A DNA stretch of 58,943 nt, the filler included. It is 4 parts of 4 records of this genome, joined end to end, with 100 filler letters (N's around TTAATTAATTAA, not from the genome) between each part and the next. Parts side by side here need not be neighbours in the genome. Positions count along the whole stretch, not along the records: positions 1 to 15,979 come from DRR723986_15432; 3 more parts are not named here. One strand, written 5' to 3'. The position numbers and the translations under genes are program-made. Shown here in pieces: positions 1-7,468 of this stretch (the stretch's first letter is position 1; each line of letters opens with the position of its first letter). Below the pieces are notes generated by a model, which was not told the origin of the DNA, ran no database searches, and worked only from the letters and a program-made list of their open reading frames with translations.

Positions 1-450
1 CACGCGCTGCTGCTGGCCGCCGGAAAGCTGCGAAGGGAAGTGTTTGGCGCGGTGTGCAATCTGCATGCGTTCCAGCGCTTCACTCACGCGTTGTTTGCGT
101 TCGCTGGTCGAGACGTTGTGGTACAACAGTGGCAGCTCGACGTTCTCAAAAACGGTTAACTCGTCAATCAGGTTAAAACTCTGGAACACAAATCCAATCA
201 TTTCTTTGCGGACGGCGGCGCGCTTGCGCTCGGATACCTTGGCAACGTCTTCACCGTTAAACTTGTAGGCGCCGCTGCTGGGGCGGTCGAGCATCCCCAG
301 AATGTTCAGCAGCGTCGATTTGCCGCAGCCGGACGGTCCCATGATCGCCACAAATTCGCCCCTGTCCACTTTAAAGCTGACTTTGTTAAGTGCCGTGGTT
401 TCAACCTCGTCGGTACGATAGACTTTCAGCAAATCTTCTGCGATAATCAT
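1..450 (-). CDS. ABC transporter ATP-binding protein, MacB/LolD-like (3'-truncated by window edge)
   Basis: Not in the ORF track. Manual translation from ATG 450: MIIAEDLLKVYRTDEVETTALNKVSF..GPSGCGKST (Walker A)..IGFVFQSFNL..LSGGQQQRV (ABC signature). GGAGA RBS upstream. Confidence 0.93.
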   Translation of the reverse strand, partial: MIIAEDLLKVYRTDEVETTALNKVSFKVDRGEFVAIMGPSGCGKSTLLNILGMLDRPSSGAYKFNGEDVAKVSERKRAAVRKEMIGFVFQSFNLIDELTVFENVELPLLYHNVSTSERKQRVSEALERMQIAHRAKHFPSQLSGGQQQRV

Positions 451-594
451 GCGGGTTCTCCAAACAAAAAATGAACGGATTGAGGAGTGAGAGTGCGCAC
501 AAAAGTGCGGCCCAGAATGTGAGCATAAGAGTGCGTGAACGCAGGCGACTTCACCCCTGAATGTTCTACTGGGGGAATCAAAGCGCCAAGGGGG

Positions 595-1857
595 TTAGTC
601 ACGCAGCACTAAACGCTCTACGTCTTTGAAAGATTCATAGGATGAAATCAGAACTTCTTCGCCGGGCTGCAGGCCTTCGAGCACCTCGTGATAGTCGCCA
701 TTCTGGCGGCCCAGCTTGATCGGGCGGCGTTGTGCGCTGCCGTCGGCGCGGTCCAGCACAAAAATCCAGTTGCCGCCGCTGGCCATGAAAAAGCCGCCGC
801 GCGGAATGACGAGCGACTCTTGCGTTGCGCCCAGTTCCAGCTTGATGCGCAATGACTGTCCGCGGCGTAAATCGCCGGGCATTTCACCGCTAAAGGTCAT
901 ATCGACTTCAAACTGATTGTTGTTCACGTCGGGGTAGAGTTTGCTGACGCGCGCCTGGTAGGCGGTGCCGCCCAGCTCAAAGGTGCCGGTTTGGTCAACC
1001 GCTACGCGGCGGATGTAATGTTCATCTATTGTCGCGCGGATTTTATACGCGCCGTGTTGATCAATTTGTCCCAGGCGCTGTCCCTGGGTTTTGTTGGCGC
1101 CGATTTCGGCATCCAGTCCGCTGAGCGTGCCGGTCACCGTCGCGCGGATCACGAGGTCATCCAGCCGGCCGCGCACCAACTCCATGGTGGACTGCATGCG
1201 GTTTAGTGACTGCTCCAGCTGGCGCACCTGCTGCCCGCGGAAAATCGAATCCTGTTCGTAAGCCGTTATCGCCAGTGCGCGGCGGCGCTGCAGCAGCTCC
1301 AGTGCGTATTCAAGCCGCTGGTATTCTTCGCGGGAGATAACATCGCCGGCCAGCAGCGTGGTGGCGCGTTCGTAGTCGCCGCGCTGTTCCATCAGATTGT
1401 GGTCCAGCTCCAGCAGGCGTTCTTCCAGCCCCAGGCGCTTTTCTTCCATTGCCAGCTTGGTATTGCGCAGGTTGTTGACCTGTTCAAAAAGCTGTGTTTC
1501 CTGCTGCAGAATCCCAAGCAGCAGGGCCGTATTTGCCATGCGCAGCAGCGTGTCCCCGGCCTGGACTTCCTGGCCTTCTTCCACGTAGCGTTTTTCGACT
1601 ACACCACCTTCTACGGCATCCAGGTAGACCGAGGTAAGTGGCTGCACGCTGGCATTGACTGTTATGAATTCAGAGAAGTCTGCCTGGTGAACGGATGCCA
1701 GGGTCAGGCGCTCACGGTCTACATGCATGGTCGCCTGCGCGGGGTCAAACACCACTTCGTAGGCGGCGGCACTTACGGCTACAAAGAGCAGAGCCATGGG
1801 CAAGATTCTGGTCTTGTACCATGGACGTCGTTCTATTTTTCGATCCATTCCGCTCAT
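595..1857 (-). CDS. Efflux periplasmic adaptor (membrane fusion protein, HlyD/MacA family)
   Basis: N-terminal TM anchor, lipoyl half-motifs (VEGGVVEKRYVEEGQEVQAGDTLL), long coiled coil, C-terminal EVLEGLQPGEEV. Directly upstream of the MacB-like ATPase. Confidence 0.9.
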   Translation of the reverse strand: MSGMDRKIERRPWYKTRILPMALLFVAVSAAAYEVVFDPAQATMHVDRERLTLASVHQADFSEFITVNASVQPLTSVYLDAVEGGVVEKRYVEEGQEVQAGDTLLRMANTALLLGILQQETQLFEQVNNLRNTKLAMEEKRLGLEERLLELDHNLMEQRGDYERATTLLAGDVISREEYQRLEYALELLQRRRALAITAYEQDSIFRGQQVRQLEQSLNRMQSTMELVRGRLDDLVIRATVTGTLSGLDAEIGANKTQGQRLGQIDQHGAYKIRATIDEHYIRRVAVDQTGTFELGGTAYQARVSKLYPDVNNNQFEVDMTFSGEMPGDLRRGQSLRIKLELGATQESLVIPRGGFFMASGGNWIFVLDRADGSAQRRPIKLGRQNGDYHEVLEGLQPGEEVLISSYESFKDVERLVLRD

Positions 1858-1935
1858 GCCGGATACTCCTCAGCGTCCGCTGCTTGTTGACTCATGACGA
1901 ATTGAAACTTAACTTGCATCGTCATCTGGCTCAGT

Positions 1936-1952
1936 ATCCAAAAACGTGCCAA
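1936..1952 (-). promoter_or_regulatory. Candidate sigma-54 (-24/-12) promoter of the efflux operon
   Basis: Minus strand reads TTGGCACG-TTTT-TGGAT about 80 bp upstream of the adaptor ATG. The -24 box is perfect; the -12 box is imperfect (TGGA instead of TTGC). Confidence 0.55.
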
Positions 1953-2060
1953 TTTTAATGTGATGGCATCTTTTTTGCTTCCGTTAATGTCTCAGCTCTT
2001 GTTTGTTGCGGGCCCCCACCTGGACATTCGCAATGCAGTGTAACGAAGTCGGCAGCGGCT

Positions 2061-2099
2061 GTGTCCGCTCTGCGTCAAACACTGTTCGCCTGCGGACAC
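2061..2099. promoter_or_regulatory. Candidate enhancer (UAS) for a sigma-54 activator
   Basis: TGTTCG-N4-CGGACA dyad (2083-2098) within an outer perfect 8-bp inverted pair GTGTCCGC/GCGGACAC, 110-150 bp upstream of the sigma-54-like promoter. Confidence 0.45.
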
Positions 2100-2125
2100 T
2101 TTGAATATTTGACTCCTAATCAGGA

Positions 2126-3391
2126 TTGAAGATGAATCGATTGACAATTTCCCCCGGCACTGAGAATGATGGAGGCCGGTTGAGACTGCTGGACTGTTTG
2201 TTTTTGCCTGCGCTCCTGATTGTGCTGCTGCTGATCTCGCCTGTGCATCCCGGCGCATTTGCTGCGGACATGGACCCGAACTCCACGCTTGGCGATAGCG
2301 AGTTGTTTCCTTTTGTCTCCAAGGGGCGGCTCGGTTTTATGGATGTAGATGGAAACACGATAATTGAACCGGAGTATCAGGCGGTGATGCGCCACACCAA
2401 ATTTGGATTTGAGACCGGGGCTGAAATCGTGATTCCCGATGTTGATGACGTCAGCCGGTTTTCCAATGGTGTCGCGCGCATTCGCGTGCCGATCATCTGG
2501 TGGGTTTTTACCCTGCGCTACAATGACGCATTCATCGACCGCGCCGGAGACACCCTGTTTGTGAGCGAGTATGATTGGATTGGCACCTATTCCGAAGATG
2601 TTGCTCCGTTCCGCCGCAAAGTTCGCAGGTTTGAAATTGCGCTGGGGGATTACATTGAGCTCTTTGGTTACGTTGGGCGCAACGGCGAAGAAATCACCGG
2701 TGCTCAATTTGACTGGTGTGGTCCCTTCCGCAATGGTCTTGCGGCTATTCTGGTACAGGGACGCTACGGATTTATCAAACGCGATCAACTGTATCGTTTT
2801 CACGGTGACCGCCGCTACTCGTTTAACGAACTCGACCCACTCAACCAGGATATTCTACACATCCCCGCCATGTTTGCAGACGTAGGCAATTTTCACCAAG
2901 GTGTGGCGGCTGCAGCTGAAGTTGAGGGTAGTTATGGTTTAATTGACACCGACGGCAATTGGATTCTAAAGCCCAAATACGATTTTATCACACACTTTGC
3001 GGAAGGGCATGCGGTTTGTGTTAAGTCCGGCAAGTTTGGACTGATTGACTTGCAGGGCAATGAGGTGATTGCGCCATCGAACGATAGAGTCGGTGGGTTT
3101 AATGATGGGATTTCACTGATCCAGAACGGTAACACCTTCAGATTTATTGACACCTCCGGAACCACACTGGCCAACATGGAGTATGAGGCAGTCGGCAACT
3201 ATTCGGAAGGTTTGATTCCGTTCCTGGAAGGCGAGAGTTGGGGGTTCGTTAACCTGAAAGGAGACGTTGTAATCAATCCCAGTTTCACGTATGTCAAATC
3301 CTTTGAAAATGGAATTGCGCGCGCCTGGAAAGACAGTGAAATGGGTTATATCAGTCGGACGGGTGAGTGGGTGCGGCGGCCCTCACAGTAA
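2126..3391 (+). CDS. WG-repeat (KWG) secreted protein
   Basis: Hydrophobic signal-like N-terminus and repeated units such as YGFI..G..I.P.Y.....F.EG.A (YGLIDTDGNWILKPKYDFITHFAEGHA; WGFVNLKGDVVINPSF). Confidence 0.88.
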   Translation: MKMNRLTISPGTENDGGRLRLLDCLFLPALLIVLLLISPVHPGAFAADMDPNSTLGDSELFPFVSKGRLGFMDVDGNTIIEPEYQAVMRHTKFGFETGAEIVIPDVDDVSRFSNGVARIRVPIIWWVFTLRYNDAFIDRAGDTLFVSEYDWIGTYSEDVAPFRRKVRRFEIALGDYIELFGYVGRNGEEITGAQFDWCGPFRNGLAAILVQGRYGFIKRDQLYRFHGDRRYSFNELDPLNQDILHIPAMFADVGNFHQGVAAAAEVEGSYGLIDTDGNWILKPKYDFITHFAEGHAVCVKSGKFGLIDLQGNEVIAPSNDRVGGFNDGISLIQNGNTFRFIDTSGTTLANMEYEAVGNYSEGLIPFLEGESWGFVNLKGDVVINPSFTYVKSFENGIARAWKDSEMGYISRTGEWVRRPSQ

Positions 3392-3500
3392 TGTGAAGTG
3401 AAGGCAGCCGTCCAACAAATTGTTAACAAGAAAAATACAACCGCAGGCAGTGTTACAGTTGCAGTAGAATGAATTCAGTACGGAAGTTCAAAGCCGAGGT

Positions 3501-4100
3501 TTAGTAGGAACGTTCCACATGCTCACGCATGTCGTCAAGATACATCGGTTCACTGGACGAGAGGCGTTTTAATTCCTCAGAAAGTCCTGCGGCCCAACTG
3601 ACAACTTCAATGCGCTGGCCCTGGCTTTTGACGAATTTAATTGCCTCGGCGTAGTCGCGGTCACCCGCCACTAAAATTGCGGTATCAAAAGCGCGGTAGA
3701 AGCTCAAGGTAAGCAACTTAGTCACAATGCCTGTGTCCAGGCCTTTTTCAACGTAGATTTGATTGTCGTAGTCACAATTGTGACAGCGGACATGTTTGAA
3801 GCCCAGGTCGTAGAGCATTACTTCCCAGCGCAGGGTATCGCGGATAAAGCCGTAAAAGTTTTCCTGCGTTTGATTTGGACCTGCATCTTTGGAGGCAAAG
3901 AAGTAGGTTTGAAATATTGGTCCAAACTGCTGTAAATAGTTAAACAGTTTCTGATAGTCAACGCGCCATTTTTGTGGACGGCTACCACCAAAAACATTTG
4001 AGTTGTCAATCAGGCAAATTGTTTTGCCACGGTCCGAATATTGAGTGTTTTGAGAATACTTGGAATAATTGTTCGAGTAGGTATTCGGGTAATTGCTCAT
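3501..4100 (-). CDS. NYN-domain (LabA/DUF88 PIN-like) ribonuclease
   Basis: Motifs LIDNSN, EKGLDTGI, ILVAGDRDY and GQRIEVVSW match the NYN/LabA acidic catalytic pattern. Confidence 0.88.
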   Translation of the reverse strand: MSNYPNTYSNNYSKYSQNTQYSDRGKTICLIDNSNVFGGSRPQKWRVDYQKLFNYLQQFGPIFQTYFFASKDAGPNQTQENFYGFIRDTLRWEVMLYDLGFKHVRCHNCDYDNQIYVEKGLDTGIVTKLLTLSFYRAFDTAILVAGDRDYAEAIKFVKSQGQRIEVVSWAAGLSEELKRLSSSEPMYLDDMREHVERSY

Positions 4101-4643
4101 GCGCGGTTTTTAGGAAAATATCGAAGTACAGTTTGTTTAATCACACTTGAGAAAGACTCAACACACGCATTTTCACGTAGTGAGAATCGTACACGCTTAA
4201 TTTTCGGAATCCCAGTCGTTTCGGTGGATGGATTGTCGCCGGAAATATAATTCCGCAATATGCCTAAAAGCCCCCTGAATTCCAAAACAGCAGGTGCCGC
4301 TGCGGACCGGGGTTTGTTTAATGATATTTATAGCTTCCAGCGCGCCTGTTCAGCGGCAGCACAGGCTGCTTTCCGCCTGACTAACACATGCTAATAATGC
4401 ATAGTCTTCGCATGCTTTAGCCTGCCTGGCACAATATATTTTACTGGTGCTGCCCACTTGCGCAACCTTACGCAGCATCCGTCGTAACGGCCTTCTTTGA
4501 GACCCGTGTTCCTGCCGCTGCACAACTGTATCTCAGCATTGTGCACTTCGGCTGCGATCACCTCCAGTACCTGACGAAGCCCAATCCTGGCCCAAGACAC
4601 GTACTGCGCCGTTAAGTTGGGAACGTCTAATAGTGGGAGGTTC

Positions 4644-6032
4644 ATGCGCTCGTCACAAGCCGGTTTAGCCGCGCGTCCGCTCGGTAATGTTCTGATTATG
4701 GATGATGACGCAGACGTACTGATAGCGGCGCGCCTGCTGCTCAAGTCACATGCCAAACGCGTCGTTACCGAATCGATTCCCGACAAATTGCCGGGGCTGC
4801 TGCGCTCCGAGATTTTTGATGTGGTCCTGCTGGATATGAACTTCAGCGGTTCCGGCGGCGGTGAGCGCCAGGGACTCGACCTGATTGATGTCATTCTGGC
4901 CGCCGATCCGGCTCCGCAAATTGTTGTTATTACCGCGCATGGAGACGTAGAACTTGCTGTGGAAGCCATGAAGCGTGGTGCGGCCGACTTTGTGCTAAAA
5001 CCCTGGCGGAACGACAATCTTCTGGAAATTTTGCATCGCGTTACTGAGCGAATGTCTCAAAAGACGGCAGCGGGGGCGGGACAGGATCCCGCCGCGGCCG
5101 ATCAGGCCGACTTCAAACTTGTAGGCTGCCGCAGCGTTGCCATGCGCGAAGCCCTCCAGACGCTCACCAAAGTGGCCAAGACCGATGCGAACGTCTTGCT
5201 GCTGGGCGAAAACGGTACGGGCAAGGAAGTTGCCGCGCGTTTCCTGCACAACGCATCACTGCGATCTAAAAACGTCTTCCAGGGTGTTGACCTGGGAGCT
5301 CTAAGTGACAATCTGTTTGAAAGTGAACTCTTCGGGCATGTCAAAGGTGCATTTACCGATGCACGTGATGACCGCGCCGGGCGTTTTGAGCTGGCCAGCG
5401 GGGGCACCCTGTTTCTGGATGAAATTGGCAACGTGCCCGTAGCATTACAGGCTAAACTGTTGACAGTACTGCAGCACCGCGCCGTAACGCGCGTGGGATC
5501 CTCGCAAGCCCGGCCCGTAGACATTCGCCTCGTTTGTGCTACCAACAAGGCTCTTTACGACATGGTGGGAGAGCGTAGCTTTCGTGAGGATTTGCTCTAC
5601 CGCATCAACACTGTTGAAGTGCATATTCCACCGCTGCGTGCACGCCAGGAAGATATCCCGGAGTTGGCCTGTCACTTCCTCAAGCTCTACGCCGAGCGTT
5701 ATCAGCGGCCGGCCCAGGGGATTACGGAGGCGGGCGCGCGCAAACTCTCACTACACACCTGGCCCGGCAATGTGCGCGAACTGATGCACGCCGTGGAACG
5801 CGCCGTGATCCTGAGTGAAGATGCGATGCTGCGCCCTACAGATTTTTTCCTGGTGCCACGCGAAGAACACAACCACAATTTTGTGGTTGACTCACTTAAC
5901 CTGGCAGACGTGGAAAAGATGGTGATTCGCAAGGCAATTGATAAAAACGGCGGCAATATTTCGCATGCGGCACGGGACCTGGGATTGACGCGTACCTCGC
6001 TTTACCGGAGGCTGGAGAAGTATGGCCTTTAG
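4644..6032 (+). CDS. Sigma-54-dependent response regulator (NtrC family: REC-AAA+-Fis HTH)
   Basis: REC (IMDDD, LLDMN, KP), Walker A GENGTGKE, GAFTDA loop, FLDEIG, WPGNVREL, C-terminal HTH. ATG 4644 is preceded by GGGAGG. Confidence 0.95.
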   Translation: MRSSQAGLAARPLGNVLIMDDDADVLIAARLLLKSHAKRVVTESIPDKLPGLLRSEIFDVVLLDMNFSGSGGGERQGLDLIDVILAADPAPQIVVITAHGDVELAVEAMKRGAADFVLKPWRNDNLLEILHRVTERMSQKTAAGAGQDPAAADQADFKLVGCRSVAMREALQTLTKVAKTDANVLLLGENGTGKEVAARFLHNASLRSKNVFQGVDLGALSDNLFESELFGHVKGAFTDARDDRAGRFELASGGTLFLDEIGNVPVALQAKLLTVLQHRAVTRVGSSQARPVDIRLVCATNKALYDMVGERSFREDLLYRINTVEVHIPPLRARQEDIPELACHFLKLYAERYQRPAQGITEAGARKLSLHTWPGNVRELMHAVERAVILSEDAMLRPTDFFLVPREEHNHNFVVDSLNLADVEKMVIRKAIDKNGGNISHAARDLGLTRTSLYRRLEKYGL

Positions 6033-7377
6033 GGACTACCGCTTCGGCAGCCTGCTGCGGATAGTCTGCCTGGCGTTGAGCCTTAGCGCTGCGATCTACC
6101 TTCTGCTGCACACCAACTACTACGCTACAATCAGTGTCTTCACTCTGGCAGTCTTGCTGCAAACCGCGGAGTTGTTACACTACGTGGAGCGCACTAAACG
6201 CGACATCGCACGTTATTTGCAGTCTATTCGCCATGCTGACGTGTCACCATTATCGCGTCCGATTGGTGCGGCGCTCAATGCTCCTGAATTGCAGCGCGTG
6301 CTGGCCGAACTGAATGCCGATTTCCGCGAAGCACGCCTGGCGGGCCGCGAACGTGAAGCCTATCTGGAAATGATCGTGCGTCACATCGGGATTGGGTTGC
6401 TCGTCTACAACGAAGATGGTGAAGTCCGGCTCTTTAATGCCGCAGCTAAAAAACTTTTGAATGTGTATGGCGTGCGCCGCATTGCGGACCTCGAAACCAG
6501 AATTCCTGCACTTGCGCGTGCGCTGGAAGAAGCCAAACCCGGCGAGCGCAGCTTGCTGCCGCTGGAAGTTGAAGGTGAAGCGCTACAGCTTTCGCTCCTG
6601 CTCTCAGTGATGCGAACGCGAGACGGAGTCATCAATCTCGTTTCTCTGCAGAATATCCAGGGTGAACTCGAAGAAGCTGAGCTGGAATCCTGGCGCAAGC
6701 TGATTCGTGTGCTGACGCATGAAATCATGAATTCTATCACGCCAATCACGTCTCTGGCCGGAACGGCCGGGGAACTGCTGCGTGAGGCGCAGCAGGGACC
6801 GCAGGAAATCGGCGCGCAAGCGGCTGAATCTCTGGCCGATATTGAACTGGCCCTGCGCACAATTGAAAACCGCGGCCGCGCCTTAATGGAATTCGTGGAT
6901 GCCTATCGTGACGTCACACGCGTGCCGACGCCCGATGTGGACCGCTTTGACGTTCTGGAATTGTTGCAAAGAGTGCAGGCGCTGGCTTCTTCGCGTCCAC
7001 GTGCCGCACATATTCAATTTACCTGTGCCGTGCAGCCGCCGGGACTTGAGCTGCTGGCCGATGAAAATCTGCTGGAACAGGCGCTGATTAATCTGGTGCA
7101 GAATTCAATCGACGTCATGGCCAAACAAGCCGAGGCGCGCATCGATCTTTTTGCCGGGCTGGACCGCCGTGGCAGGGTCGTGATTGAAGTGCGCGATAAT
7201 GGTCCGGGCATAAAACCTGAAATGCGTACGAAAGTTTTTGTGCCATTTTTTACGACGCGCGAAGGTGGAACCGGGGTTGGACTGACGCTGGCACGCCAGA
7301 TAATGCGCGCGCATGGCGGTGGAATTACGCTGGGTTCCGATTCTTCTGGCGGGGCCCTCGTCAAACTCTATTTCTGA
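6022..7377 (+). CDS. Membrane sensor histidine kinase (NtrY-like, PAS + HATPase)
   Basis: Two N-terminal TMs, PAS-like region, H-box HEIMNSITP, N-box INLVQN, DNGPGI, PFFTT, GTGVGL. Overlaps the regulator stop. Confidence 0.93.
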   Translation: MAFRDYRFGSLLRIVCLALSLSAAIYLLLHTNYYATISVFTLAVLLQTAELLHYVERTKRDIARYLQSIRHADVSPLSRPIGAALNAPELQRVLAELNADFREARLAGREREAYLEMIVRHIGIGLLVYNEDGEVRLFNAAAKKLLNVYGVRRIADLETRIPALARALEEAKPGERSLLPLEVEGEALQLSLLLSVMRTRDGVINLVSLQNIQGELEEAELESWRKLIRVLTHEIMNSITPITSLAGTAGELLREAQQGPQEIGAQAAESLADIELALRTIENRGRALMEFVDAYRDVTRVPTPDVDRFDVLELLQRVQALASSRPRAAHIQFTCAVQPPGLELLADENLLEQALINLVQNSIDVMAKQAEARIDLFAGLDRRGRVVIEVRDNGPGIKPEMRTKVFVPFFTTREGGTGVGLTLARQIMRAHGGGITLGSDSSGGALVKLYF

Positions 7378-7468
7378 GCGGCTTGCGCAACTGCAGGCTA
7401 TCATCTATGTTTGAAAGTTTAGGCTAACAATCACATTCCGGCACCTGCCGGCTGGGGCATCTAAATCT

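Noticed and set aside
2120..2803. 227-aa minus-strand ORF, and similar antisense ORFs such as 17757-18500, 26226-27080 and 29318-30010
   Set aside because: Each lies antisense to a gene with clear family motifs and has none of its own.
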